Below, piece by piece: positions 20,924-31,693 of a DNA stretch of 64,000 bases. Both the position numbers and the translations under genes were made by a program. The DNA is from Candidatus Latescibacterota bacterium. Lineage in GTDB: Bacteria; Latescibacterota; UBA2968; GCA-2709665. Where the stretch lies: the NCBI GenBank assembly GCA_965222075.1, contig OZ244937.1, positions 4,288,001 through 4,352,000 on the forward strand, written 5' to 3'. The notes beneath the pieces are model-generated. The model was not told where the DNA came from. It searched no databases and was given only the letters and a program-made list of their open reading frames with translations. Position 1 is the stretch's first letter; every line of letters begins with the position of its first letter.

Positions 20924-21739
20924 TTATCGCTTCCCGACAACCACCTGGTCCCAAAACCGGAGGTCCACATAGGCCAGCGCCTCCTCCTGGTGCGCCCCCG
21001 CCGCCAGATAGGCCTGAAAGTTTCGGACCTGGTGGTCTGCATCCTCAAACCGCATCCGAAGCTCCAGCCCATCCCCTACCATGTAGATCCGCGCCTCGTC
21101 TGGAGACTCGATGCGGACCTCGGAAATATCGTCCAGAAACGCGGGCGAGCGGACGTTCAGGGTCTCTAAAAAACCGACCAGGCGGGAGAACACCTGCCTC
21201 TGTTGGTAGCCCGTAGAATCCGATACCGCCGTCTCAACGCCCGTTATCACCGGCAGATCAAGCGAGACTTGTGGCAGAGGAACGAACGCCTCTTCCCGGT
21301 CTATTCCAAAAAGCCCCTCAGACGTAGAAACCAGCGCAATCGGCTGGCGCTCCTCCACCGAAATTACCAGGGCCTCCGGGGGTTGGCGCAGCAGCAGAGT
21401 CTCTCGAATCAGGGGATGGGATCTCAGCCGCTTGGTGGCCGCCGCAAGATCGGCCTCAAACAGATTGCCCCCAATCTCCAGCCCCGACCGAACCGTCACA
21501 TCACGCGGGGTCAGCAGCCGGTTGCCCACTACGGAAATCCGCTTCAACCGGAAGAGGTCCGATTCGATAAGGGCCGGGTAGGCATTCTGGATACCAAAGA
21601 ACAGCAGCCCCAGCATGACCAGGAGCAGGAACCATCGCAAGACCCGTGTCGGCCTGCGAAGCGCCCTGCTGTTGGCAGCCTCTTGTATAACCCGTTCTTT
21701 CTCTTTCAGTTGAGGATAAATGGGTGTATGTCCCGGCAT
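20924..21739 (-). CDS. ftsQ: Cell division protein FtsQ/DivIB
   Basis: Single TM, POTRA-like region, ERQPIA, YVDLRF; synteny. Confidence 0.9.
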   Translation of the reverse strand: MPGHTPIYPQLKEKERVIQEAANSRALRRPTRVLRWFLLLVMLGLLFFGIQNAYPALIESDLFRLKRISVVGNRLLTPRDVTVRSGLEIGGNLFEADLAAATKRLRSHPLIRETLLLRQPPEALVISVEERQPIALVSTSEGLFGIDREEAFVPLPQVSLDLPVITGVETAVSDSTGYQQRQVFSRLVGFLETLNVRSPAFLDDISEVRIESPDEARIYMVGDGLELRMRFEDADHQVRNFQAYLAAGAHQEEALAYVDLRFWDQVVVGKR

Positions 21740-21763
21740 AAAACCTCCAATCCCCTGAATCGG

Positions 21764-21800
21764 TTGCGGATTGCGGAATAAAGGCTTTTCAATCCGAAAT
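21764..21800. repeat. TTGCGGA/TCCGAAA heptamer hairpin element, copy 1
   Basis: 21771-21800 matches 32017-32046 at 29/30 nt. Confidence 0.7.
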
Positions 21801-21817
21801 TTCTCTGTTTTGCCTTC

Positions 21818-22753
21818 TCACGGATTTTCAACGCCGTGTGTTCCAACAATGCGAACTTCGGTCTCCAGCTCAACGCCGTGTGCCCAGTGCACCCGCTCCC
21901 TCACCTGCTCAATAAGGGCCAGCGCCTCCTCTGCGGTCCCCCCGCCTGTGTTCGCCATAAAATTGGCGTGCAAATCCGACACCTCCACAGCGCCGGCCGA
22001 AAGCCCCTTGCACCCGGCCTGGTCGATCAGCAGCCCCGCAGATCTCCCCGGCGGATTCTTGAAAATACACCCCGCATTGCGCTTCCACAACGGCTGGGAG
22101 GCTTTGCGCTGGGTCAGCATCTCGTCCATCCGCCGCTTCACAACCTCCGGGTCTTCCTCTGCTAAATGGAACGCCGCGTCAACCACCACCAGCCCGGCAG
22201 GCAGATCCGTATGCCGGTACCCGAAGGAGACCTCGTCCTGCCCTAACCTGAGCGCTTCGCCGGACCTCAGATCGATCCCCCGCAGCCAGATCAACCGCTC
22301 TACGGTCTCTCCCCCCCAGGCGCCCGCGTTGCCCCAGATCGCCCCGCCCACCGTCCCTGGAATGCCGCACCCGAACTCCATCCCCGTCCGGCCTGCGCGC
22401 TGGCAACGCCGGGAAAAGACCTGCAGGCTGGCCCCCGCCTGCGCCTGCCCCAAGTCGGCCTCTACCCGGGTGCGGGTCAACCCGCTGGTCAGGCAGAGCA
22501 CCAGCCCCCGAAAACCGGCCTCCCGCACCAACATGTTCGTCCCCCCCCCCAGGGGCAGCACCGGCAGCCCGGAATCCCGTACTAAGGGAACCGCCCTGCC
22601 CAGGTCGTCCAGGTCCGCAGGCAGGAAGAAGAGGTCCGCAGGACCGCCCATGCCAAACGTCGTATGCCCCGCCAAGGGCTCGTCAACCCTCAATTCGCCG
22701 CGGCATCGCGCCCGGATTTCACGGGCCAGCAGGTCCCTCTTTGAGCTTTTCAT
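21818..22753 (-). CDS. murB: UDP-N-acetylenolpyruvoylglucosamine reductase
   Basis: GGPAD, GIPGTVGGA..NAGAWG, AGCIFKNP, HANF. Confidence 0.95.
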   Translation of the reverse strand: MKSSKRDLLAREIRARCRGELRVDEPLAGHTTFGMGGPADLFFLPADLDDLGRAVPLVRDSGLPVLPLGGGTNMLVREAGFRGLVLCLTSGLTRTRVEADLGQAQAGASLQVFSRRCQRAGRTGMEFGCGIPGTVGGAIWGNAGAWGGETVERLIWLRGIDLRSGEALRLGQDEVSFGYRHTDLPAGLVVVDAAFHLAEEDPEVVKRRMDEMLTQRKASQPLWKRNAGCIFKNPPGRSAGLLIDQAGCKGLSAGAVEVSDLHANFMANTGGGTAEEALALIEQVRERVHWAHGVELETEVRIVGTHGVENP

Positions 22754-24101
22754 AGACCTCATACGCCACCTGCTCCACATCTCCCGCGCCCATCACAACC
22801 ACCAGGTCTCCTGCCACCGCATCCGCCACTAAGGCCGGTCCCAGATCCGCCAAGTCGGGCACATATTGCGCCTTGGTGTCCCGTACGGAGGCCGCAACCA
22901 GGGCGCCGTCCACCCCCCGAATCGGCTCTTCGCGGGCGGGGTAGACATCGGCCACAAAGACCCGGTCAGCCCTACTGAGGGCCTCGCCGAAATCTGCTGC
23001 AAAATCCCGTGTGCGCGAATACAGGTGGGGTTGAAAAATTGCTACGATCCGACCCGACCAACCTGCTCTGGCTGTCTCCAGCGTCGCCCGGATCTCTGTT
23101 GGGTGGTGCGCGTAGTCGTTTATCACCACCACCCCACCCGCCTCACCCAAAACCTCGAACCGCCTGCGCACCCCCCGGAAGGCCTCCAACCCGGCCTTTT
23201 GCGCCTCCCAGGAAAGCCCCAGCGCCGTTCCGACCCCCACCGCCGCAAGCGCATTGGACACATTGTGCAGACCCGGAACCTGAAGTCGAAGCTCCCCCAG
23301 CTCCTGATGCCCGTCAAAGACCCGAAACCGGCTGTTAAACCCCTCCTGTGCGATTTGATCCGCACGGATGCGCACATCCGATTCAAGCCCGTAAAAAATC
23401 CGCGCAGTACCACCCGTTACCGCTAAGTTTCGCACCCGATCCGCGTCCCCACACAGGACCGCATGCCCGCCCGCAGGCACCGATGCTAAGAACTGCTCAA
23501 ACGCGCGGTAGATCGCCTCTAAGTCCCCGTAAGAGTCGAGGTGGTCCGCCTCTAAGGACGTCACCACAGCCACCGCCGGAGTCAACGCTAAGAAGGAGCG
23601 GTCGAACTCATCGGCCTCCACAGCCCAGAACGCCCCCTTGCCCACCCGCAAATTGCGCTCCTCCCCTCGAACCACGCCCCCCACCAGCACCGTCGGGTCC
23701 AGCCCGGCGGCCTCCAAAACCGTGCCCACCATCGCCGTGGTGGTGGTCTTTCCGTGGGTGCCGGTAACGCCCACAACCCGATGTCCCTCTGTCAGGCGCC
23801 CCAGAAGTTCTGCACGCTTTAAGGTCGGAATCCCCCGCTCCCGCGCCGCCTGGAGTTCTGGATTGTCAAACGAAACAGCGGCGGTATAGATTACCCCGGC
23901 CACATCGCCCACCGCCCCGGCCGAATGCCCGATCTGCACCGGAATGCCCAGTTCGGCCAGATGGTCTGTCAGCGCGGAAGCCTGACGGTCCGAACCCGTA
24001 ACCAGACATCCCCTTTGGTGGAGGAACTCGGCCAGAGCGCTCATACTAACGCCTCCGATTCCAACAAAGTGTATTCGGGCACCCGCCCTCAACTTGACCA
24101 T
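22719..24101 (-). CDS. murC: UDP-N-acetylmuramate--L-alanine ligase
   Basis: HFVGIGG, GTHGKTTT, EADEFD, DYAHHPTEI, FQPHLYSRT. Confidence 0.97.
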   Translation of the reverse strand: MVKLRAGARIHFVGIGGVSMSALAEFLHQRGCLVTGSDRQASALTDHLAELGIPVQIGHSAGAVGDVAGVIYTAAVSFDNPELQAARERGIPTLKRAELLGRLTEGHRVVGVTGTHGKTTTTAMVGTVLEAAGLDPTVLVGGVVRGEERNLRVGKGAFWAVEADEFDRSFLALTPAVAVVTSLEADHLDSYGDLEAIYRAFEQFLASVPAGGHAVLCGDADRVRNLAVTGGTARIFYGLESDVRIRADQIAQEGFNSRFRVFDGHQELGELRLQVPGLHNVSNALAAVGVGTALGLSWEAQKAGLEAFRGVRRRFEVLGEAGGVVVINDYAHHPTEIRATLETARAGWSGRIVAIFQPHLYSRTRDFAADFGEALSRADRVFVADVYPAREEPIRGVDGALVAASVRDTKAQYVPDLADLGPALVADAVAGDLVVVMGAGDVEQVAYEVYEKLKEGPAGP

Positions 24102-24131
24102 GAGCCACGATCCACGCCGGTCTGCCGCTTT

Positions 24132-25238
24132 TCATTCCCCTCTGAGTAATCCCACCCGCGCCATCCCCGCCACGATCCGCTCCGCCGCATCCGGCACCGC
24201 CAGCCTCCTGCTTCGGGCCCCCATCTCCGCTAAAGCCGCCTCATCGTCCATCAGTTCCACAACCGTCGATGCCAGCTTCGCGGCGTTTAAATCCGACTGC
24301 CGGACCATCCGGGCGGCCCCGGCCCGCGCCGTCGCAAGCGCATTGTAGTCCTGGTGATGCTCGGAAGCCGTTGGCAGCGGTACCAGCACCGCCGGCACGC
24401 CCAGGTGGGTCAACTCGGCCACCGTCATCGCCCCCGCCCGGGTCAACGCCACATCGGCCGCACTGTAGGCCGCTTCCATATCGTCGATAAAATCCTTCAC
24501 GACCACGCGCCCCCCAAAGGCCCTGGCCGCAGAAACGGCCGTTTCATAACCCGGCTTTCCCGTCTGCCAGAGCACCTGTATCTCCCGCTCCACCAGCGCA
24601 GGCAGCGCCTTGGCCATCGCCTGATTGATTCCCGTTGCCCCCTGGCTTCCCCCGACCACCAGCAGCGTCGGTCGGTCCAGCGTCAGTCCACAGCGTCTGC
24701 GAGCCTCAGCCCGTTCAACCCGCGTCCATCCACCCCGGACCGGATTTCCAACCGCCAGCCGTTCGCGCCCTCCAAGCCGTCGAACAGCACCCCCAAAGGC
24801 AAGGTAAACCTGCACGGCAACGCGCGAGAGCACCCGAATCGCAATCCCGGGGAAATTGTTCTGTTCGTGTAAGACCAAGGGAACGCCCAGCAGCCAGGCC
24901 GCCATACCGATCGGACCGCTGACGTAGCCGCCGGTGCAGATCACAGCGTGGGGACGATACGTGGAGAGGATACTCAGAGAGCGAACCATCCCTTTGACAA
25001 GCATCCAGGGGAATTGGAGCAAGTCGGGGTGGGGGTGTCGGCTCAGGCCGATCACCGGGATGATTTCTAAACGATAGCCCGAACGCGGGACCAGCCTCGC
25101 CTCCACACCCTGCGCGACTCCGGCAAACCGGATCTCCGCATCGGGATACCGCTGGCGCACCGCCTCGGCCACCGCCAGCGCGGGAACCGTGTGCCCCCCC
25201 GTCAGCGTAACGGCGAATAAGAGGCGTAGTGCCATCAC
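24132..25238 (-). CDS. murG: Undecaprenyl-PP-MurNAc-pentapeptide GlcNAc transferase
   Basis: TGGH, TGGYVSGP, HEQN, GGSQGA, RAGA, HQDYNA. Confidence 0.95.
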   Translation of the reverse strand: MMALRLLFAVTLTGGHTVPALAVAEAVRQRYPDAEIRFAGVAQGVEARLVPRSGYRLEIIPVIGLSRHPHPDLLQFPWMLVKGMVRSLSILSTYRPHAVICTGGYVSGPIGMAAWLLGVPLVLHEQNNFPGIAIRVLSRVAVQVYLAFGGAVRRLGGRERLAVGNPVRGGWTRVERAEARRRCGLTLDRPTLLVVGGSQGATGINQAMAKALPALVEREIQVLWQTGKPGYETAVSAARAFGGRVVVKDFIDDMEAAYSAADVALTRAGAMTVAELTHLGVPAVLVPLPTASEHHQDYNALATARAGAARMVRQSDLNAAKLASTVVELMDDEAALAEMGARSRRLAVPDAAERIVAGMARVGLLRGE

Positions 25239-26410
25239 AATCGCCGGACGGCCGGACGGAGGCCCCGGTGCGCCTCGGCCCGCCGGGGAGGCGTTGTGGC
25301 TGCGCCGGCCCGGCCGATGTTGATGAGAATCCCGATGGCGATCAGGGTGAGGAGCAGTGAGGATCCACCGTAGCTGATAAAAGGAAGGGGAAGCCCTGTG
25401 GTGGGCAACAGCCCGGTGCAGACCCCCATATTCACAAACGCGTAAACCAAAACCATGCAGCTAATGCCCGACGCCAGCAAAAAACCGTGCAGGTCGGGTG
25501 CACGCCGGGCAGCTTGAAACCCGAGCCGCCCCAGGATCAGAAACAGGACCAGCAAGCCTCCCGTGCCCACCAATCCCAGTTCTTCTCCCACAATGCTGAA
25601 CACAAAATCGGTGTGGGGTTCCGGCAGGAAAAAATATTTCTGCAGGCTCTGCCCCAGTCCTACCCCGGTCACTCCCCCGCTGCCTAAGGCCAACAGCGAC
25701 TGCGCCACATGGTAGCCGATCCCCTGAAGGTCATCGGTCGGATTTAAAAAGGCGAGGATGCGCTCCTTCCGGTAGCCAAACACAAAGACCCCCAGGTAGA
25801 GCAGGGGCGCAAGCGCCGTGCATGTGCTGAGAAGGTGTAAGACCCGAACTCCGGCTAAGTAAAATATCAGCGCACATGTCAGCCCAATGGCCAAGACCGT
25901 CCCCAGATCGGGCTGCAGGACAATCAGCCCCATAGCCGCACCCACAATGGCAATGTGGGGCAGATACCCCTGCCGAAACTCCCGTACCAGACCCTGACGC
26001 CGGCTGAGCGAATCCGCCAGATAGATCACCAGGGCCAGGCGCATCAGATCCGACGGCTGGAACGCCATGCCGAAAAAATGAATCCATCGGTAAGCGCCCC
26101 GCACCTCCCCGATTCCCACAAGCTTGAACCCCAGCACAACCACCAGCCCTGTGAACCCCAATGCCAGGATCGCCCGCGAGAACCGTGCCCAGAGGCGGTA
26201 GTCGGTCCGCATCACCAGGTACATGGCCACCAGCCCGACCAGCGCTCTAAAAGCCCAGCGCTTCAGAAAAAAGTGGCCGCTCTCAAACCTGACCTGGGCC
26301 AGCGCCGCGCTGGAACTGTAGACCATCACCGTCCCAAATCCTACCAGGCCGACCACCAGGAGCATGAGCAGATAGGCCTGCCGGTCCCCCTGTTCTGTCT
26401 GAGTCGCCAT
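25235..26410 (-). CDS. ftsW: Peptidoglycan polymerase FtsW (SEDS)
   Basis: FQPS, QPDLGT, LPEPHTDFVFS..GEELG, PFISYGGSS. Confidence 0.96.
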   Translation of the reverse strand: MATQTEQGDRQAYLLMLLVVGLVGFGTVMVYSSSAALAQVRFESGHFFLKRWAFRALVGLVAMYLVMRTDYRLWARFSRAILALGFTGLVVVLGFKLVGIGEVRGAYRWIHFFGMAFQPSDLMRLALVIYLADSLSRRQGLVREFRQGYLPHIAIVGAAMGLIVLQPDLGTVLAIGLTCALIFYLAGVRVLHLLSTCTALAPLLYLGVFVFGYRKERILAFLNPTDDLQGIGYHVAQSLLALGSGGVTGVGLGQSLQKYFFLPEPHTDFVFSIVGEELGLVGTGGLLVLFLILGRLGFQAARRAPDLHGFLLASGISCMVLVYAFVNMGVCTGLLPTTGLPLPFISYGGSSLLLTLIAIGILINIGRAGAATTPPRRAEAHRGLRPAVRRL

Positions 26411-26568
26411 CGAAAGCTATCGTGTGATCTGAAGAAAGGGGAGAAAGAGGGGATTCTTTCAGAGAAAGTCAATCATTTCCGGTTAGAAAATTGCTTGTTA
26501 GAGGAACGTTTAATCAGATAATTAGAAACAAAGAGTTAACTCAGAAGCCTTTCTTGCCATACATCTCT

Positions 26569-27969
26569 TCACTCTTCAAACCCCAGCGCCCGGGCAACCT
26601 CCTCCATCGCCAGCCCCCGCGACCCCTTCAGCAGCAGCAGGTCTCCCGGCATCAGGAAGTCCTCAAGCGCACCCACAAGGGCGTCCCGGCCGGTAAAAGC
26701 CCGCGACCGCTCTGCTGGAAGCCCCCCTTCTACGCCCCCCTCGGCCACCTTTCGGGCCAGGTCGCCCAGCGCAAAAAGGGCGTCTATACCCCGGATCGCT
26801 GCAAAGATGCCCACCTCCCGGTGATCTCTCTTGGCGACCGATCCCAGTTCCAGCATATCGCCCAGCACGGCAACGCGCCGTCCCCCTTTTTTGGGCGGGG
26901 ACATCTGCGAAAGTGACTCCAGCGCCGCACGCATCGAAACGGGATTGGCGTTGTAGGCATCGTTCAAGAGGCGAACACCGCCCTGTTCTACAACCTGGCT
27001 GCGCAGCCTGGAGGGGTGAAAAGATGCCAGCGCAGCGGCCGCCTCGGCAACCGGGACGCCCAGCGCCGCCCCCACCGCAGCAGCGGCCAGGGCGTTGTAG
27101 ACGTTGTGGCGCCCCGGAATCGAAAGGTGAAAAGAACGGCCCTGTAGAGAGAAATGACCGCAGCCCTCCTGATCCAAGATGAGTCCCTCCCCACGAAACT
27201 GACATATCTTCTCGATGCCGAAGTCCAGGAGTCTCCCCTTTAGTCTTGCTCGCTCCTTGGACGTCCACAGGTCGTCGAGATTTAAGATAGCCATTGAAGA
27301 CTCATCTAAATATTCCAGGAGTTCCCCTTTGGCCTTGGCCACCCCCTCTACAGAGCCTAAAAACTCTAAATGTGTGGGTCCAATATTGGTAATCACGCCG
27401 ATCGTGGGATCGACGATCTCGCACAGATCACGCAGGTCGCCCTCTTCGCTGATCCCCATCTCAATCACGGCAACTTCATGCTGGCTCGAAAGCCGGAAGA
27501 GCGTCAGCGGCACCCCCAGGTGGTTGTTCAAATTTCCCTCGGTGGCGAGTACCCGGTAGCGGGTCCCAAGCACCGCGGCGGCCATATCTTTCGTCGTCGT
27601 CTTCCCAGTGCTCCCCGTGATCCCCACCACCGGAATCTCAAACCGGCGTCGATAGACCCGCGCCAAGTCGCCCATCGCCAGGCCGGGATCGTCGCTTAGA
27701 ACCAGCGCCCCCCGGGGCCGGTCTTCCACCTCCCGGTACCACGCCCGGGAGACCACAGCCGCCGCCGCCCCCTTCTCAAGCGCAGCCCCCACAAACCGGT
27801 GTCCGTCGGTATGCTCCCCTGAAAGCGCGAAGAAGACCTCCCCCGTCTTCAGCTTTCGCGTATCAATACACCCGCCGGTCGGATATACCCCCGACGCATC
27901 CCCCTCGGCCACCAGCTCCCCGCAGACCGCCTCGGCCACCTCCACCAGCGTCATCCCTTCCATGGGCAC
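26569..27969 (-). CDS. murF: UDP-MurNAc-tripeptide--D-Ala-D-Ala ligase
   Basis: GSTGKTTTKDM, NLNNHLGVP, NDAYNANP, GDMLELG, KGSRG. Confidence 0.96.
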   Translation of the reverse strand: MPMEGMTLVEVAEAVCGELVAEGDASGVYPTGGCIDTRKLKTGEVFFALSGEHTDGHRFVGAALEKGAAAAVVSRAWYREVEDRPRGALVLSDDPGLAMGDLARVYRRRFEIPVVGITGSTGKTTTKDMAAAVLGTRYRVLATEGNLNNHLGVPLTLFRLSSQHEVAVIEMGISEEGDLRDLCEIVDPTIGVITNIGPTHLEFLGSVEGVAKAKGELLEYLDESSMAILNLDDLWTSKERARLKGRLLDFGIEKICQFRGEGLILDQEGCGHFSLQGRSFHLSIPGRHNVYNALAAAAVGAALGVPVAEAAAALASFHPSRLRSQVVEQGGVRLLNDAYNANPVSMRAALESLSQMSPPKKGGRRVAVLGDMLELGSVAKRDHREVGIFAAIRGIDALFALGDLARKVAEGGVEGGLPAERSRAFTGRDALVGALEDFLMPGDLLLLKGSRGLAMEEVARALGFEE

Positions 27970-28018
27970 TCTCCTCTATCCCCCACAGCCCGATTGTAGA
28001 TTGCGGATTGGAAACTTT

Positions 28019-29521
28019 TCATTCCAGGGAGGGAAAACGATCCGGTGAATCGTCCGGAGTGGGACTCCGAAATCCGCATTCCCCAATTGCACTCAGCACC
28101 TCTCGCGCCACCTCCCGGTCGTCAAAAGGGATCTTCTCCCGCCCGATATCCTGATAATCCTCGTGTCCCTTCCCGGCAATCATCACCAAGTCCTCAGGAC
28201 TTGCAAGCCGGATCGCCGCCTCAATCGCGCGCCTGCGGTCCGGCTCGACCCGGTAAGGCGCCGACCCCAAGCCGGGCAGAATCTCTCGAATGATCGCCTC
28301 CGGGGCTTCCGTCCTGGGGTTGTCGGACGTCACTACTGTCAGGTCGGCCCGTTGGGCCGACACGCGGCCCATTTCCGGCCGTTTTCCCCGGTCCCGGTCT
28401 CCGCCGCAGCCAAAAACGCAGATCAGCCGTCCTTCGGTCAGCGCCCGTGCCGCCTTAAGCACGTTCTTCAGGCCGTCGGGCGTGTGCGCATAGTCCACAA
28501 TCACCCCAAATGCCTGTCCCTGGTCAACCTCTTCAAACCGCCCCGGCACCCGAACCTCGCGCACCGCCTCTACAATCACACCCGGCGCAACCCCCATTGC
28601 CAGCCCCACAGCCACCGCAGCCGCAGCGTTCCAGAGGTTGAACCTGCCTTTGAGCGCCAGGCTCAGGTCCAGTCTCCCTACCGGCGTCTCAAGGCTCAGC
28701 GCTGTACCCCGCCAGGTCGTCCGACCCTCTAAGATGCGCACCGCAGCCCCTCCGGAAGCTCCATATCCCATCACGTGTGCAGGGCATTGCGCCAGCAGGG
28801 TCTCCGCCGCCGGATCGTCGACGTTGACAACCGCCTGTGCGTCTGAATCCAGATTATCAAAGAGCAGGGCCTTCGCGGCCAGATAGGCTTCAGAAGACGG
28901 GTGAAAATCGAGGTGATCTCGGGTTAGATTGGTAAAAACGGCCGTTTCAAACCCAATGCCGTAGACCCGGTCCAGCGCCAACCCGTGGGAAGAGACCTCC
29001 ATCACCGCCGACCGGCATCCCGCCCCGACCATCTCCCAAAACATCCGCTGGAGGTCGTGAGCCTCCGGTGTTGAATTTGACGAGGGCAGGCGTCGTGCAC
29101 CCAGGTGGTGTTCAACGGTGCCGATCAGTCCCGGCTGCCAGCCAGCCGCCTCTAAAAGCGCGTGGATCAGATAGACTGTTGTGGTCTTCCCATTGGTGCC
29201 CGTTACCCCCACCATCCGTAGCGAGCCGCAGGGGACACCGTAAAACCGTTCTGCAAACACCGCAAGCGCCCGCCGCGCTGAGGGCACCTGTACGGCCGCC
29301 TCTTCCACCTCAACCGCCTCTTCCACCACAGCCGCCGCCGCCCCCTTCTCAAACGCATCCATCACAAACCGGTGTCCATCAGTCTTCTCCCCCCGCAGGG
29401 CGAAGAAAACCTCCCCCGGCTTCAGCCCCCGGGAATCCGTGGCCAGCCCCGTCACCTCCACATTGCCGCCTCCAAGCAGCCGGGCCCCGGGAAATCCGGA
29501 AATCAGCTCCTGCAGCCGCAT
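28019..29521 (-). CDS. murE: UDP-MurNAc-dipeptide--meso-DAP ligase
   Basis: GTNGKTT, MEVSSH, DYAHTPD, DNPR (DAP specificity), GKGHE. Confidence 0.96.
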   Translation of the reverse strand: MRLQELISGFPGARLLGGGNVEVTGLATDSRGLKPGEVFFALRGEKTDGHRFVMDAFEKGAAAAVVEEAVEVEEAAVQVPSARRALAVFAERFYGVPCGSLRMVGVTGTNGKTTTVYLIHALLEAAGWQPGLIGTVEHHLGARRLPSSNSTPEAHDLQRMFWEMVGAGCRSAVMEVSSHGLALDRVYGIGFETAVFTNLTRDHLDFHPSSEAYLAAKALLFDNLDSDAQAVVNVDDPAAETLLAQCPAHVMGYGASGGAAVRILEGRTTWRGTALSLETPVGRLDLSLALKGRFNLWNAAAAVAVGLAMGVAPGVIVEAVREVRVPGRFEEVDQGQAFGVIVDYAHTPDGLKNVLKAARALTEGRLICVFGCGGDRDRGKRPEMGRVSAQRADLTVVTSDNPRTEAPEAIIREILPGLGSAPYRVEPDRRRAIEAAIRLASPEDLVMIAGKGHEDYQDIGREKIPFDDREVAREVLSAIGECGFRSPTPDDSPDRFPSLE

Positions 29522-29606
29522 ACCATCTCCTCCCCCCGCACACAGCACCCCAGTCGCAAGTCCCGAGTCCCCCACCACTCCACCGTTTTCGGCGCCAACT
29601 CGCCAG

Positions 29607-31691
29607 TCACAACTCGCTACTCGCTACGCTCCTTCCCTCAATCCGGCAGACCGTCCCCCGCTCGACGACCGTGCCCGATCGGGGCGTCTGTCCCACCACA
29701 CACCCGCTGCCGGATGTCTCCACCCTAAGGCCTGCGGCCGTAAGCCGGTAAACTGCCTGACGCAGGGGAACGCCAACCACATCGGGCGTCCGAACCGCAC
29801 CCTCCACCTGCCCAGAACCGTCTGGGGCCACATAGAGGAGGACTTCCTTCCGTTGAACGACCTGGTCTACCACACGGGTCCCCCTGCCCACCACACGGGC
29901 CTGAAATCCACGTCGATCCAACACACGCACGGCCGACTCCCGCGAGAGCCCTTTCAACACCGGAACCTGTTTCTCGGAGAGTCTGCCACCCCTCTTGTCG
30001 CCCACAACCGCCCGGTGCCGCAGCCGCGTCTTCCTCAGGCTCAAAATCCGCTGCATAATCCGGCTGAAAACCGGGGCCGCGACCTGGCTCCCCCAGCGGG
30101 TACCCTGCGGGCTGTCTACAATTACCAGACAGAGGAGTTCGGGACGCTCGGCCGGCAGGTATCCGATAAAAGAAGCGTTGTAGGCATCGGGTGCATACCC
30201 CGCGGCACCTTCCAGCGCCTTCTGCGCCGTGCCGGTCTTGCCCGCCACCTGGTAGCCCGATACCCGAGCATTGCTGCCGGTGCCCCGAGTAACGGCGCCT
30301 CCCAAAACCTTGGTGACGGTCGCCGCGGTCTCAGGCGAAATCACTTGCCGCACCACCTGTGGACGCTGCACCGAGACAACGCTGTCTCCCCGCAGGGTTT
30401 TGAGGAAAATTCGGGGAGCCAACAGACGTCCTCCATTGGCAATTGCGCCGTAAGCCGTCACCATCTGCAGCGCCGTCACCCCCACCTCCTGCCCAATTGC
30501 GATCGTCTCTAAGGACCGCTTCGACCACTCTGAGGGGTGCTTCACGTCCCCTGGCACCTCCCCCGGCAGGTTCCCCCCTGTCAGGCTGCCGAATCCGAAA
30601 AGGCGTATATACCGAAAAAACCCTACCTTCCCCAGCGTCCGGGCAATCTTGATCGTCCCAATATTGCTCGACGCTTCGATAATCTCCCGGACGGTCAGCC
30701 ACCCGTTTGGATGGGTATCGCGGATCACGTCCCCCGCGACCTCCATCGCGCCGTTCTCACAGAAAATCCGGTCTTCGAGTGCGTAATCCTTCTCCTCTAA
30801 AGCCCCCGCAAACGCAACCACCTTAAACGTCGAGCCCGGTTCGTAAAGATCGGTCACCGCCCGATTGCGGCGCACCTTCAGATCGTAGCGGCCAAAGGCA
30901 TTGGGATCGTAGAGGGGCACATTCGCCATCGCCAGGATTTCTCCGGTATTGGGCCGCGTCACGATGACAATGCCGCTCTGGGCTTGAAAGCGCGCAACGG
31001 CTGCCTCCAGTTCCTCCTCTGCAATCGACTGGTAGTCGGCATCGATCGTCAGCACCAGATTCCCCCCATCCTCAGGCAGTCGGAGAACCGCCCCCAGCGC
31101 CCCCAGCGCCTTTCCCCGTGCGTCCACCCGGGAGACCATCTCCCCCGGCTTTCCCTTAAGGAGAGAATCGAAACGGTGCTCAATCCCCTCAATTCCCACA
31201 TTGTCGATGTCGGTATACCCCAGCATCTGGCCTGCCAGGGTCCCCATCGGATAGGACCGGCGCATCTCCACCATCCGGCCCACCCCCTCCGGCACCCGAT
31301 CCTCAGGAAGACCGTCCATAACCTTTCGAGCCAGCCACACAAAAGACCGCTTTCCCCGCAGCCGCTTCAGCACCTCCGCGCCGTCTTCCCCATCACGCCG
31401 GGAAAACCGTACGGCGATTGCCCGCAGGTTGTCGAGTTCAGATATATTGTTGAGAAAGAACGATTGCGCTTCTAAGTTCGTTACCAGCACCCGTCCGTGC
31501 CGGTCCAAGATGCGCCCCCGGTTGGCCTGCAGCACGATCCGTTTCTCGTGCTGGCTTCGCGCCTGGGCGATATACGCCTCACCCGCCCAAAGTTGCAAGG
31601 AGGCCAGCCTGAAGGCCAGCGCCACGGCGAATCCGATCCCCAGCAGAGAAACCACCTTCAGCCGGCGGGTATGTCGCGCCTCAATCTGCAT
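29607..31691 (-). CDS. ftsI: Class B PBP (FtsI/PBP3) with two PASTA domains
   Basis: RGRILDR, EPGSTFK (SxxK), SSN, KTGT; C-terminal PASTA-like repeats. Confidence 0.95.
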   Translation of the reverse strand: MQIEARHTRRLKVVSLLGIGFAVALAFRLASLQLWAGEAYIAQARSQHEKRIVLQANRGRILDRHGRVLVTNLEAQSFFLNNISELDNLRAIAVRFSRRDGEDGAEVLKRLRGKRSFVWLARKVMDGLPEDRVPEGVGRMVEMRRSYPMGTLAGQMLGYTDIDNVGIEGIEHRFDSLLKGKPGEMVSRVDARGKALGALGAVLRLPEDGGNLVLTIDADYQSIAEEELEAAVARFQAQSGIVIVTRPNTGEILAMANVPLYDPNAFGRYDLKVRRNRAVTDLYEPGSTFKVVAFAGALEEKDYALEDRIFCENGAMEVAGDVIRDTHPNGWLTVREIIEASSNIGTIKIARTLGKVGFFRYIRLFGFGSLTGGNLPGEVPGDVKHPSEWSKRSLETIAIGQEVGVTALQMVTAYGAIANGGRLLAPRIFLKTLRGDSVVSVQRPQVVRQVISPETAATVTKVLGGAVTRGTGSNARVSGYQVAGKTGTAQKALEGAAGYAPDAYNASFIGYLPAERPELLCLVIVDSPQGTRWGSQVAAPVFSRIMQRILSLRKTRLRHRAVVGDKRGGRLSEKQVPVLKGLSRESAVRVLDRRGFQARVVGRGTRVVDQVVQRKEVLLYVAPDGSGQVEGAVRTPDVVGVPLRQAVYRLTAAGLRVETSGSGCVVGQTPRSGTVVERGTVCRIEGRSVASSEL

Positions 31692-31693
31692 CC

